Position numbers and translations under genes: made by a program
Assembly (NCBI GenBank): GCA_023145515.1
Contig: JAGLDP010000017.1
Location: 1 to 52,254, forward strand
Direction of reading: 5' to 3'
From: Bacteroidales bacterium
Lineage (GTDB): Bacteria > Bacteroidota > Bacteroidia > Bacteroidales > UBA12481
Length of the DNA stretch: 52,254 nucleotides
Shown here: piece by piece, positions 10,431-20,114 of the stretch
How the letters are laid out: every line of letters begins with the position of its first letter
Position numbering within the stretch: the stretch's first letter is position 1
The notes under the pieces: generated by a model
Seen by the model: the letters and a program-made list of their open reading frames with translations, nothing else
Told to the model about the DNA's origin: nothing
Databases searched by the model: none

Positions 10431-11189
10431 ATGGATCTCACACTTAAAGTATGGCGGCAAGAAAATGCCAAAGCCAAAGGAAAATTTGAAAAGTATCAAA
10501 TTAAAAATATCAGTCCGGACAGCTCATTTCTCGAAATGATTGATGCTCTGAATGAACAATTAATTCAGGATGACAAAGATCCTGTCGCAAAAGAACCTGT
10601 TGCCTTTGATCACGATTGTCGTGAGGGTATTTGTGGTATGTGCAGCCTCTATATTAATGGAAGGGCTCACGGACCAGATGAAGAAATAACTACATGCCAG
10701 TTACACATGCGCAAATTCAAAGATGGTGACACCATTGTCATTGAGCCATGGCGGGCAAATGGATTTCCTGTAATCAAAGATCTAATGGTTGATCGTCAAG
10801 CCTTTGATAAGATTCTGCAGTCTGGTGGATTTATTTCTGCAAATACTGGTAATGCACCCGATGCCAATGCCATCCCTATTGGTAAAGATAAAGCAGAAGA
10901 AGCAATGGATGCTGCCAGTTGTATTGGTTGCGGAGCTTGCGTAGCAACATGTAAAAACTCATCTGCCATGCTTTTTGTGGCCTCCAAAGTGAGCCAGCTA
11001 GCACTTCTGCCTCAAGGCAAACATGAATCTGTAAAACGGGCTCACGCCATGATTGCTAAAATGGATGAACTAGGATTCGGACATTGCACCAATACCGGAG
11101 CTTGTGAGGTTGAATGTCCAAAAGGAATCTCACTTGATCATATTGCAAGATTGAACAGAGAATTTCTGGCAGCGAATTTGATGCCCTGA
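10431..11189 (+). CDS. sdhB: Succinate dehydrogenase/fumarate reductase Fe-S subunit
   Basis: [32 protein letters not shown]. Confidence 0.97.
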   Translation: MDLTLKVWRQENAKAKGKFEKYQIKNISPDSSFLEMIDALNEQLIQDDKDPVAKEPVAFDHDCREGICGMCSLYINGRAHGPDEEITTCQLHMRKFKDGDTIVIEPWRANGFPVIKDLMVDRQAFDKILQSGGFISANTGNAPDANAIPIGKDKAEEAMDAASCIGCGACVATCKNSSAMLFVASKVSQLALLPQGKHESVKRAHAMIAKMDELGFGHCTNTGACEVECPKGISLDHIARLNREFLAANLMP

Positions 11190-11196
11190 AAAGACA

Positions 11197-11268
11197 GGAC
11201 TCAAGGCTCAGGACTCAAGGGCAAGTACTTTTTCCTTTCCTGAGCCTTGAGCCTTGAGCCTTGAGCCT
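11197..11268. repeat. Two inverted heptamer arrays between convergent sdhB and pepP
   Basis: GGACTCA-AGGCTCA-GGACTCA-AGGGCAA (11197-11224) facing four perfect TGAGCCT units (11241-11268). Confidence 0.92.
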
Positions 11269-11272
11269 TCAA

Positions 11273-12658
11273 TTACCTCATTACATCTTCAATATCAGCA
11301 ACCGTCTTTGGAATTGGCTTCCCTAATAATTCCCAACCGGTTTCTGTTACAAGAATATCATCTTCAATTCGAATTCCACCAAAATCTTTGAAAGTTTCTA
11401 CATTATCAAAATTGATGAAATCTTTGAACTTGTTTTCTGCCTTCCACTGATCAATTAACGCAGGGATGAAATAACAACCAGGTTCAACTGTCATAACAAA
11501 TCCCTTTTCAAGCTTTCGTCCCATCCTAAGAAATGCTAGTCCAAATTGCTTTGAACGCTGTATTTCATCGTTGTATCCAACATAGTTTTCTCCCAATCCT
11601 TCCATATCGTGAACATCCAAGCCCATCATGTGTCCCAGTCCATGAGGGAAAAATAAAGCATGCGCCCCCTGAGCAACTGCCTCATCTACATCACCCTTCA
11701 TCAATCCGATATCTTTTAGTCCTGAAGCAATTGTCTTTGCTGCAACAAAATGACAATCGCGGAATGAAACGCCTGGCTTCATGGCTTCAGTTGCCTTCAC
11801 ATTAGCAGCAAGAACAATTTCATATATTGATCTCTGACGAGCATCAAATTTACCACCAACAGGAACTGTTCTGGTGATATCAGATGCATAATGGAGAGCT
11901 GATTCAGCACCAGCATCTGTCACCATCATCCGGCCGGCTTCAAGAGTATTTCCATGATAATGATTATGGAGAGTTTGTCCATCCATACTTAAAATCACAG
12001 GAAATGATATCGGTCCGCCATTAGCAAGTGAAATCCCCTCTATGGCTCCTGCAATCTCCTGCTCCACAACACCAGGCATTGCCATTTTCATAGAAGTAGT
12101 ATGCATGAGATAGGCTGTATCAACCGCCTTAATAATCTCAGCTACTTCATTGTGATCCTTTACAGAGCGAAGACTCACTACTGCTTTAATGAATTCCTCA
12201 CTAACCAAGCTCTTAACATCATGACTATTTACACCTGTAAGGCGCTCAATTTCCATTTTGGTCTCTCCACGATAAGGAGGAAGAATCATTACTTCTCTAC
12301 CCTGGCTCTTTGCTTTAGAAAGAACAGCCTCAAGATCTTTATAGGGTGCTGTATTGCTAATCCCTACTTCAGTTGCACGATCTTTCAGAAAGGGCTGGTT
12401 TCCCATCCAAATGATATCATCCATATCAACATCATTTCCAAAAATCCAGTCTTCTCCTGTATCCAAATCTATTAATCCGCAAAGATCTGGATGATCTAAT
12501 CCAAAGAAATACAAAAAGTTACTGTCTTGTCTGAAATGATAGGGATTGGCTGGATAATTAAATGAAGCTTCTGTATTGCCAGGAAAAAACAAAATTCCTG
12601 AGCTTAACTTATTTCTAAGACCCTCGCGTCTTCTTGTGTAAATAGCTGAATCAAACAT
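11273..12658 (-). CDS. pepP: Xaa-Pro aminopeptidase (M24B)
   Basis: FRQDSNFLY, DAGAE..YASDITRT, PHGLGHMMGLDVHD, TVEPG, GIRIEDD. Confidence 0.94.
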   Translation of the reverse strand: MFDSAIYTRRREGLRNKLSSGILFFPGNTEASFNYPANPYHFRQDSNFLYFFGLDHPDLCGLIDLDTGEDWIFGNDVDMDDIIWMGNQPFLKDRATEVGISNTAPYKDLEAVLSKAKSQGREVMILPPYRGETKMEIERLTGVNSHDVKSLVSEEFIKAVVSLRSVKDHNEVAEIIKAVDTAYLMHTTSMKMAMPGVVEQEIAGAIEGISLANGGPISFPVILSMDGQTLHNHYHGNTLEAGRMMVTDAGAESALHYASDITRTVPVGGKFDARQRSIYEIVLAANVKATEAMKPGVSFRDCHFVAAKTIASGLKDIGLMKGDVDEAVAQGAHALFFPHGLGHMMGLDVHDMEGLGENYVGYNDEIQRSKQFGLAFLRMGRKLEKGFVMTVEPGCYFIPALIDQWKAENKFKDFINFDNVETFKDFGGIRIEDDILVTETGWELLGKPIPKTVADIEDVMR

Positions 12659-12759
12659 TGATAATATATTTTAGTTTTACAAAATCATTAAAGAACTACG
12701 AATTTAAGAGAAAGATTTTTGTTTTTTGTACTTTAGGACAGGATAAAAGGAAGGAAAAT

Positions 12760-13458
12760 TTGCCGTATAGACGATTGCCAACGACAGATGCTGCCCGATT
12801 AAGGGCATTGAAGACTGCCTCAGTCAAGGCAGACCAGCTAGAACTTGGTCAATTGGCTTTTACTACAAGGTATATTCATCCTATAAGAAATTTTCAGCAG
12901 CAACTAGAAACTATCAAGTTTCAGCAGACCCAGAGCTGGAAGCAGATTGTATCTCAAAATATAGATTTTAAGCATAATACTGATAAAACAAGGATGTACA
13001 TTACTCACTTCATCCAGGTACTTAACATGTCTATTGCCCGTGAAGAGATGACTCAGGAAAGTCGTAAGTTTTACAACATTGCTCCTGATGATAAAAAGCT
13101 TCCCAGAATGCTAACTGACGATGCATTACTAGAATGGGGAAAACACATTATTGATGGTGAAGGTAAACGAATAAGAACTGGTGGAGCTCCAATAATGAAC
13201 CCAACAATTGCCAAGGTCAAAGTCTGGTATGACCGCTTCAAGGATATGCACCATTCTCAACAAATAGCAAATAAATCATACCAAAGAGCAAGCAGTCAGC
13301 TGATAGATATAAGACGAAAAACCGATGCCCTTATTCAGGCAATCTGGAATGAAATTGAGGAGCACTATCAACATCTTCGCGACACTGAACGCAGAGCCCA
13401 ATGTGAAGAATACGGAATTGTTTATGTGTTTCGGAAAAATGAGAGAAAGCCTAATTAA
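12760..13458 (+). CDS. Conserved hypothetical protein (Bacteroidales MPYRRLPxTD-type)
   Basis: Long helical ORF; TTG start at 12760 gives MPYRRLPTTDAARLRAL, a start I recall from Bacteroidales hypotheticals (not verified). Confidence 0.7.
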   Translation: MPYRRLPTTDAARLRALKTASVKADQLELGQLAFTTRYIHPIRNFQQQLETIKFQQTQSWKQIVSQNIDFKHNTDKTRMYITHFIQVLNMSIAREEMTQESRKFYNIAPDDKKLPRMLTDDALLEWGKHIIDGEGKRIRTGGAPIMNPTIAKVKVWYDRFKDMHHSQQIANKSYQRASSQLIDIRRKTDALIQAIWNEIEEHYQHLRDTERRAQCEEYGIVYVFRKNERKPN

Positions 13459-13966
13459 GCTGTTCTGCCAGATTTGTCAAGAGGAGTTTGAATTCATCTG
13501 CCTTAAATCCTTTTGATTGATATATCAGCTTTCCAGATTTGTCAAACAAGTAATTTCTGGGAATATACTTTTCAGCAAACTGAGAATAGCAACTACGATC
13601 AATATCTGAATAGAAGGGCATGATGTATTGCTTCTCTTTAACAAAAGGATTTACTTTCTCAGGCTTTTCTTCACGACTGATGATTAACAAAAGAAAGTCT
13701 TCATTGTCTTTATACTTATTCCAGATTTCCTTCTGAACAAAAGGCAATTCCCTAAGGCACGGACCACACCAGGTTGCAAAGAAATTAATAAGAACGGTTT
13801 TGCCACTCAGATTATCAGAACTGAATGCTTTGCCGTCCATCGTGGTAATCGTAAAATCAGGCATCTCTTGTCCGAGTAAAAGAATATTGGAAGGCTCCTC
13901 TGCCTCCTGGGCTAACAGACTAATACTCAGCAAAGCAGACACTAAAAGAATCAGTGTTTTTTTCAT
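13451..13966 (-). CDS. TlpA-like disulfide reductase
   Basis: Signal peptide; INFFATWCGPC..ELP. Confidence 0.9.
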   Translation of the reverse strand: MKKTLILLVSALLSISLLAQEAEEPSNILLLGQEMPDFTITTMDGKAFSSDNLSGKTVLINFFATWCGPCLRELPFVQKEIWNKYKDNEDFLLLIISREEKPEKVNPFVKEKQYIMPFYSDIDRSCYSQFAEKYIPRNYLFDKSGKLIYQSKGFKADEFKLLLTNLAEQLN

Positions 13967-13978
13967 AACAACTATTTG

Positions 13979-14908
13979 TTATTCTAGTTTGGGATCACGA
14001 AACCTATCTCTGAAGCGTTTTGCAAAGATAATCAGCAAAATAGAACCACCAATAGCCCAAATCCATACAAAATCGCCTGTTCCAATATCATCAACCGAAG
14101 TAGCAGATACTTCCGAGGCATATAGATAGTACGCAATCACTGGAATTCCATTATGCACAAGGTGGGCAAGAACAGGGTACCAAAGGTTGCCCGACCATAC
14201 ATACAAATATCCAAATAACATCCCCAGAATAAACCGTGGAAAGAAGCCATAAAACTGCATATGGAGAGCAGAGAACAGAATCGAAGTTACAACAACCGCA
14301 ATGTGTATATTCTTAAACCATTTTGTCAATATGCGTTGAAGCATCCCTCTGAAAAATAGTTCTTCTCCAATCGCTGGAAGAATAGCTACCATTATGAGAT
14401 TTAGTCCAAGTCCTGATAGGGTTTTCACATTCAGAAAAGCTTCTGTGAGCTCCATAGCTTTGGCTTCCATATCTTTCATCCATTCCTCAATACCAGCCAT
14501 AAAACCAGGAAAACTCATGTTTTGATTCAAAATTCCAGAATAGGCTACCACAGGTTCTATAGCCAATAATACCAGTAACATAATTCCAAAACCTGTCCAG
14601 GTAATTGAATTTTTGAATCCAAGAAAAGTGAAAGGGTTGGTGGTAGCCAGCCAGCCAACCAGCAGTGAAGGCAATATAAATATACCAAATGACTGGCTTA
14701 TCTGCATAAATTTCAGGAGTCCAATATTACCCTGATCAGCTGGATTCATAGAAGCCAGCACGTCCTGCAGAGGCATGCCATATAAAGCTGCTGCACCAAA
14801 TAAACCAATCAGAGTAAAAAGAAAAAAGCTTAGCACTGTAATCAGTGCGATCAAAATGATTTGCAAGTAAGGACGAAGTCCATTGAAAAATCGATTATCC
14901 ATATCCAC
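13979..14908 (-). CDS. CPBP-family intramembrane glutamic endopeptidase
   Basis: EELFFRG, FSALH and AHLVHN motifs; multiple TM segments. Confidence 0.9.
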   Translation of the reverse strand: MDMDNRFFNGLRPYLQIILIALITVLSFFLFTLIGLFGAAALYGMPLQDVLASMNPADQGNIGLLKFMQISQSFGIFILPSLLVGWLATTNPFTFLGFKNSITWTGFGIMLLVLLAIEPVVAYSGILNQNMSFPGFMAGIEEWMKDMEAKAMELTEAFLNVKTLSGLGLNLIMVAILPAIGEELFFRGMLQRILTKWFKNIHIAVVVTSILFSALHMQFYGFFPRFILGMLFGYLYVWSGNLWYPVLAHLVHNGIPVIAYYLYASEVSATSVDDIGTGDFVWIWAIGGSILLIIFAKRFRDRFRDPKLE

Positions 14909-14939
14909 AAAAATAAAAAATATACGGATTCTATAGGTA

Positions 14940-16550
14940 TTAATCCGTATTCGTTGAAAACCTCTTCAATCCATTTTCCTCCATAATCCACTCCTGGCCA
15001 ACCATACGCTTCGACCAGATCTTATCTTGATTATCAACTCCGCTCAAATACTCTCTGGCACTTTCATCCAAAAAGATTCTGTATCCAACAGGTAAACTAA
15101 GCACCAGTTCAAGTTCCTGACTACGCCACTTCTCCTCCTCGCCCAGGCGAAAATACGGGTCAATAATTAGAAATGAATCGCGTATGGTATAGCCAAACTG
15201 AATCCGCTTAGCAAAGCGTTCAGCAGCTACATCATTAACTCCTCGTGATTCTTTTCTAATTCGTAATTCTGGTTGTTCATTAGAACTTTTAACAATATCC
15301 ACCACTGGCATTCCAAGAATTATCAGGTCTCTATTATCTTCAGCAATGCGAAGTTCACGGTGATATCCAAAATCTAAATTTACAAAATCAGCATCCTGGT
15401 AGTCACTTTGTCCTACCATAAAATACAGCTTATTAGTTGGTGTTTCCAATTCGATATTTTCAGCCACTCTTTCCACTTCATTATACTTTACCCCTTCAGT
15501 TAAAGCAAAAATAGCTAGTAAAATCAAGGCAAAAACCCATATTCCAAAGCTGCTGAAACCGATAGCACGGTCATGTGCTCTAAAAGGAAAAAGCATTTTT
15601 ACACCACCATAAATCAGACCCAAAATTGGTAGCCCAATCACAAGAAGCACACAAATTATTGCTAATATGGCAACAGATTCATCCACAAATAGTCCAAGAA
15701 CCTGAGACAGGTTGAACTCATTCCAATCCATTAGATCACCCATAAGCCATGTTTGTCCGGCCAAAACACCTCCAATAATACCAATCAACAAGGCAACTCC
15801 TGCAAGAATAAAAGAAGCTCCAATTATGATTCCAATAATCTTAAAAAAAGTTATAAATATATGAGCCACAATTCTACCAAAGCTGCTCATTCCAGTTCGG
15901 GTTCGTTTGTAAGCTTGAGAGTTGGGAATATTCTTGATGTTTTCCTTAACACCTTCATATTCATGACGAATAGCTTTCTCAATATTATTCACATTGATTC
16001 GTTCTCCCTTCATTTCAAGTTTTTCTGCTGTTGTTTTGGCCTCAGGAATAGCTATCCATAGCAAAACATAGATTAGCAGTCCTGTTCCCCACAGCAACAC
16101 AGCAATCACAAATAGAACGCGAATAATAACAGGATCAATACCAAAGTATTCACCTGCACCACCACAAACGCCTCCAACTACCTGGTTGTCAGGATCACGA
16201 TACAGTCTTTTTCGTCCTCCTGAATAATACTTCCTTCCATTTCTTTCGCCAGACTTGGCTTCTGAATTCTCCTCTTCACCATCTTCCATTTCTGCAAAGT
16301 CTTCAGGTTCTCCAAGAATAGCAATAGCAGCATCCACATCATCGATGCTTATCACCTGCTTGTCATTGTCAATTCGACTATGGATAATTTCAGTAATTCT
16401 CGACTCAATATCAGCCAGGATCTCACTTTCTCCCTGAGTACCATTATACCGCAAATGCAATTTATCGAGGTATATACTCAGGCGATCATATGCATCTTCA
16501 TCAATATTGAAGACCTGTCCACTGATATTTATTTTAATCGTCTTTTTCAT
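14940..16550 (-). CDS. PspC domain-containing membrane protein (long form)
   Basis: N-terminal IDEDAY...DIESRI domain; PspC motif LYRD...GGVCGG..EYFGIDP..IR; further TM segments and an extracytoplasmic domain. Confidence 0.9.
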   Translation of the reverse strand: MKKTIKINISGQVFNIDEDAYDRLSIYLDKLHLRYNGTQGESEILADIESRITEIIHSRIDNDKQVISIDDVDAAIAILGEPEDFAEMEDGEEENSEAKSGERNGRKYYSGGRKRLYRDPDNQVVGGVCGGAGEYFGIDPVIIRVLFVIAVLLWGTGLLIYVLLWIAIPEAKTTAEKLEMKGERINVNNIEKAIRHEYEGVKENIKNIPNSQAYKRTRTGMSSFGRIVAHIFITFFKIIGIIIGASFILAGVALLIGIIGGVLAGQTWLMGDLMDWNEFNLSQVLGLFVDESVAILAIICVLLVIGLPILGLIYGGVKMLFPFRAHDRAIGFSSFGIWVFALILLAIFALTEGVKYNEVERVAENIELETPTNKLYFMVGQSDYQDADFVNLDFGYHRELRIAEDNRDLIILGMPVVDIVKSSNEQPELRIRKESRGVNDVAAERFAKRIQFGYTIRDSFLIIDPYFRLGEEEKWRSQELELVLSLPVGYRIFLDESAREYLSGVDNQDKIWSKRMVGQEWIMEENGLKRFSTNTD

Positions 16551-16556
16551 AACAGC

Positions 16557-16886
16557 TTAAGATTGATTTTTTATTGATTGAACAGCCTGAACCAAATCGT
16601 CCCATGAGGTATCCAGGTTTTCTAGAAAGCTCCTTCCCTCATCAGTTAGTCGATAATACTTCCTCGGAGGCCCCTGTGTAGATTCTTCCCACCGATAACT
16701 CAGAAGACCAGCATTTTTCTGTCGGGTCAAAAGTGGATAAAGTGTTCCTTCCACCACTATCAATTCTGACTCTTTCATCTTTTTAATAATGTCAGATGCA
16801 TAACAGTCATTCTGAACCAGGATGGTCAAAATGCAATATTCCAGCACTCCCTTACGCATTTGAGCTTTTGCATTCCCAATATTCAT
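16557..16886 (-). CDS. PadR-family transcriptional regulator
   Basis: MRKGVLEYCIL, EGTLYPLL, GPPRKYYRLT. Confidence 0.94.
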   Translation of the reverse strand: MNIGNAKAQMRKGVLEYCILTILVQNDCYASDIIKKMKESELIVVEGTLYPLLTRQKNAGLLSYRWEESTQGPPRKYYRLTDEGRSFLENLDTSWDDLVQAVQSIKNQS

Positions 16887-16904
16887 ATCCTGAAATTTTA
16901 ATAG

Positions 16905-17603
16905 TTAATATTTTTTTAATGTGCCGATTCCGGAAATAGACTTTCGGATTTCGGGATCCCCTTTATACTTGACAGAGCCAACTCCGGAGATATCTACGTC
17001 AAGTCTATCTGAAGCAGATACTCTGGCTTGAGCTGCTCCACTTAGCTCAATTCTCATTTCCTCTGTTTGCAAATCGAGAGCATTGAAATCACCAGCGCCC
17101 GATAAATTGAGAATTACCTCATCGGCACGTCCTTCCAGATCACAATTTGCAGCACCACTGATATCAAGCCTTAACTTGTCAGTATCAAATTCTAATTCCA
17201 TGTTCATAGCTCCACTACAAATAATAGCAAGACTTTTCACCTCAACAGGAGTATTGCTACTAATATCAATAGCACCAGTAAGATCCATCTTAGACAAATC
17301 AGAATAACTAATGAACAGACTTTTTTTCTTTGCTCTTAAAATATTTTCTCGTGCAACAATTTTGAGTCTGTTCCCATCTTGATAAACATCAATGATATCC
17401 TGTAGATTCTCATCGGCTTCAATTCTCAAATCAGAGCTACGACCCTGAGTTAGATAAACATCAAAGTTCCCAACGATTTTTAGACGATCAAACTTCTTAA
17501 TATTCTCATCCCGTACCTCAACATTTCCATTACCAACAACTCCGAAATCACAAGCTGTCATAGATAGAACAAGAATTGCAAAAATTGGTATAAGTGCTTT
17601 CAT
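16905..17603 (-). CDS. Head GIN domain (DUF2807) lipoprotein
   Basis: Lipobox MTAC; EADENL; repeated SGA beta-helix units; ISGVGSVKYKGDP. Confidence 0.88.
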   Translation of the reverse strand: MKALIPIFAILVLSMTACDFGVVGNGNVEVRDENIKKFDRLKIVGNFDVYLTQGRSSDLRIEADENLQDIIDVYQDGNRLKIVARENILRAKKKSLFISYSDLSKMDLTGAIDISSNTPVEVKSLAIICSGAMNMELEFDTDKLRLDISGAANCDLEGRADEVILNLSGAGDFNALDLQTEEMRIELSGAAQARVSASDRLDVDISGVGSVKYKGDPEIRKSISGIGTLKKY

Positions 17604-17607
17604 AATA

Positions 17608-18147
17608 TTAAAAATAATATGAGCCTGATTTCATTTCAGCAATTTGCTCAGGAGTTTGAGCTAGTGGAAGCGCAATCCATAAAACGATATATGCTAAAAA
17701 GCCAAATCCCACAAATAGTGCAATGATGAAAAGAATTCTGATCAATAGAGGATCAGTATTGAAATAAAAGGCCAAACCACTACAAACACCGCCGATTGGC
17801 TTATCTTCAGAATCACGGTACATCCTACTGTGTCTTTTTCCTGCAAAACGGGCCCTGCCTCTGTTCGAATTATACTCATGTCGCTTCTCCCCAATATCTT
17901 CAGGTGCGCCCATAGTTTTCAAAACAGCAATCACATCATCAGAAGAAATCACCTTCCTATGAGGCTTCATCCGCTCAGTAAATAGCTCAGCCATACGTAT
18001 TTCAAGATCTTGAATCACTTCAGAGCCCTCGCTTGATCCGGAAAACTGATGCTCCACACCAGTCAGATACTCACGCAGAATCTCATAGGCATCTTCATCA
18101 ATGTGAAATACTATTCCTGCCAGATTAATTTGAATTGCTTTTTTCAT
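17608..18147 (-). CDS. PspC domain-containing protein (short form)
   Basis: Paralog of the N-terminus of 14940..16550 (INLAG.VF.IDEDAY; MYRD...GGVCSGLA.YF..DP). Confidence 0.88.
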   Translation of the reverse strand: MKKAIQINLAGIVFHIDEDAYEILREYLTGVEHQFSGSSEGSEVIQDLEIRMAELFTERMKPHRKVISSDDVIAVLKTMGAPEDIGEKRHEYNSNRGRARFAGKRHSRMYRDSEDKPIGGVCSGLAFYFNTDPLLIRILFIIALFVGFGFLAYIVLWIALPLAQTPEQIAEMKSGSYYF

Positions 18148-18204
18148 TGTTCCTATTTCATTTTATTGTTCATAATACCTTCCATAACACTATTGTATCC
18201 ATTG

Positions 18205-18251
18205 CAAAGATATATAATTATTTTAGTATTCTGCAATGCATAGTACTAAAA
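18205..18251 (-). promoter_or_regulatory. Promoter -7 box and palindromic putative PadR operator
   Basis: TATCTTTG on minus strand at 18212-18205; near-palindrome TTTTAGTATTCTGCA-A-TGCATAGTACTAAAA at 18221-18251. Confidence 0.65.
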
Positions 18252-18345
18252 TAATACGAATGCAACAGCTAAGTGCATCAATATCAGATCAATAAAATTT
18301 AAATGATTATATGCTCAACCCAATAAACGACAGAATACCCAGGAA

Positions 18346-18401
18346 ATAGCCCTAAACCCTGAGCCCTGAGCCTTGAGCCTTGAGCCCTGAGCCCTGAGCC
18401 T
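18346..18401. repeat. Tandem heptamer array abutting the ilvE stop codon
   Basis: Six TGAGCC(C/T) units at 18360-18401 plus degenerate ATAGCCC and TAAACCC. Confidence 0.93.
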
Positions 18402-19417
18402 TAAACAACCTCTACCCAAGCAAAAGGATCCTCTTCGTCACCATTCTGAATAGCCACCAGCATATTATATAGCTTCGTTGAAATTGGTCCGGGTTCTCCA
18501 TCTTTTGAAAACTCGATAGTTTCTCCTGTTACATCATGTACGATCTTTTTGATCGGAGTTATTACAGCTGCAGTTCCACAGGCTCCTGCCTCCTCAAAAC
18601 TAGAAATCTCTTCATAAGGCACTGGTCTTACCTCCACTTTCATACCCATTTTTTCTGCAATAGCCTGTAGTGCTCTATTAGTAATACTTGGCAAAATTGA
18701 ATCTGACTTAGGCGTAATGAAGGTATTATTCTTTATTCCAAAGAAGTTTGCAGGACCAGCTTCATCGATATATTTTTTCTCTTTTGCATCTAGAAAAAGA
18801 GCCGATGCATATCCCTTATCATGTCCATGTTTCAAAGCTCTAAGTGAGGCTGCATAATTCCCGCCAACTTTCAGGTGTCCTGTACCCAGTGGCGCAGCCC
18901 TGTCAAAGCCAGGCGTAACCAGGATATCTACAGGTTTAAATCCCTCTTTGAAATATGGCCCAACTGGCATCACAAATACCATGAAAAGATACTCAGTTGC
19001 AGGCTTCACTCCGATTTCTGCTCCTGAGCCAAATAATAAGGGTCGAATATACAATGAAGCTCCTGTGCCATACGGGGGCACAAAGTGCTTATTCATCTGT
19101 ACAGCTTTTACTATTGCCTGGTGAAATAAATCCTCTGGTACTTCAGCCATCATAATACCCTCGGCAGAATCATGCATCCGTTTTGCATTATCTCTCCATC
19201 TGAAAAGACGAACCTTACCATCCTGTCCCATAAAAGCTTTCATACCTTCAAAGGCCTCCTGTCCATAATGCAAAGCAGTTGCTGCAATATGAATAGGAAC
19301 ATATTCTGAAGATGAAATTTCTAATTCACCCCATTTACCATCACGGTAATAACATCTGACATTATAATCCGTTTTCTTGTATCCGAATGGTAGGTTCTTC
19401 CAATCTATATTTTCCAT
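18401..19417 (-). CDS. ilvE: Branched-chain amino acid aminotransferase
   Basis: LHYGQEAFEGMKA, LYIRP, KVGGNYAA, EAGPANFF, ILPSIT, GTAAVITP. Confidence 0.96.
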   Translation of the reverse strand: MENIDWKNLPFGYKKTDYNVRCYYRDGKWGELEISSSEYVPIHIAATALHYGQEAFEGMKAFMGQDGKVRLFRWRDNAKRMHDSAEGIMMAEVPEDLFHQAIVKAVQMNKHFVPPYGTGASLYIRPLLFGSGAEIGVKPATEYLFMVFVMPVGPYFKEGFKPVDILVTPGFDRAAPLGTGHLKVGGNYAASLRALKHGHDKGYASALFLDAKEKKYIDEAGPANFFGIKNNTFITPKSDSILPSITNRALQAIAEKMGMKVEVRPVPYEEISSFEEAGACGTAAVITPIKKIVHDVTGETIEFSKDGEPGPISTKLYNMLVAIQNGDEEDPFAWVEVV

Positions 19418-19514
19418 TTTTGTGTATTCATTTATAAATGGTACGGTCTATCAAAATTAAAAAAAAGAAGGCTAATAGCAAGAGCTGAAAAAGCAGTATC
19501 TTCAAGCCATTAAC

Positions 19515-20114
19515 ATGCATCTGCTTATGAAACAAAAGCTGGTATTCGTTACCAATAACTCTCATAAACTGAGAGAAGTAAAAGAGATTCTCGATGAGAA
19601 ATTTGATATCGTTAGTCTCAATGATCTGGGCATTGATGAAGAAATTCCGGAAACAGCTGATACTCTTGAAGGAAATGCCTTGCAAAAAGCTCGCTTTGTT
19701 CATAGCCGTACACAACTTAATTGCTTCGCAGATGATACCGGACTAGAAGTTGAAGCTCTTGAAGGAGCTCCTGGTGTTTATTCTGCCAGATATGCCGGAG
19801 AAAATGCATCTTTCGATGATAATATGAATAAACTGCTTGATGCTCTGGGAGAAAATTCAAAGCGAAAAGCAAGCTTCAGAACTGCTATAGCACTGATTCT
19901 TGATGATGCAGAGTATCTCTTTGAAGGATCTGTTGAAGGCATAATTCTCAATGAGAAGCATGGTATTGATGGCTTTGGCTACGACCCTGTCTTTCAGCCC
20001 ATTGAACACAATCAAAGCTTTGCCGAAATGGAAGCATCTCTAAAGAATTCTATCTCTCATCGCGGTAGGGCCGTAAAAAAACTAGCCTTGTTTTTACTCG
20101 ATAAGAATGAATGA
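19515..20114 (+). CDS. rdgB: Non-canonical purine NTP pyrophosphatase (RdgB/HAM1)
   Basis: [32 protein letters not shown]; alternative start 19527. Confidence 0.95.
   Translation: MHLLMKQKLVFVTNNSHKLREVKEILDEKFDIVSLNDLGIDEEIPETADTLEGNALQKARFVHSRTQLNCFADDTGLEVEALEGAPGVYSARYAGENASFDDNMNKLLDALGENSKRKASFRTAIALILDDAEYLFEGSVEGIILNEKHGIDGFGYDPVFQPIEHNQSFAEMEASLKNSISHRGRAVKKLALFLLDKNE

Noticed and set aside
19428-19715. Short antisense or overlapping ORFs here and throughout the ORF track
   Set aside because: They overlap well-supported genes and have no recognisable motifs
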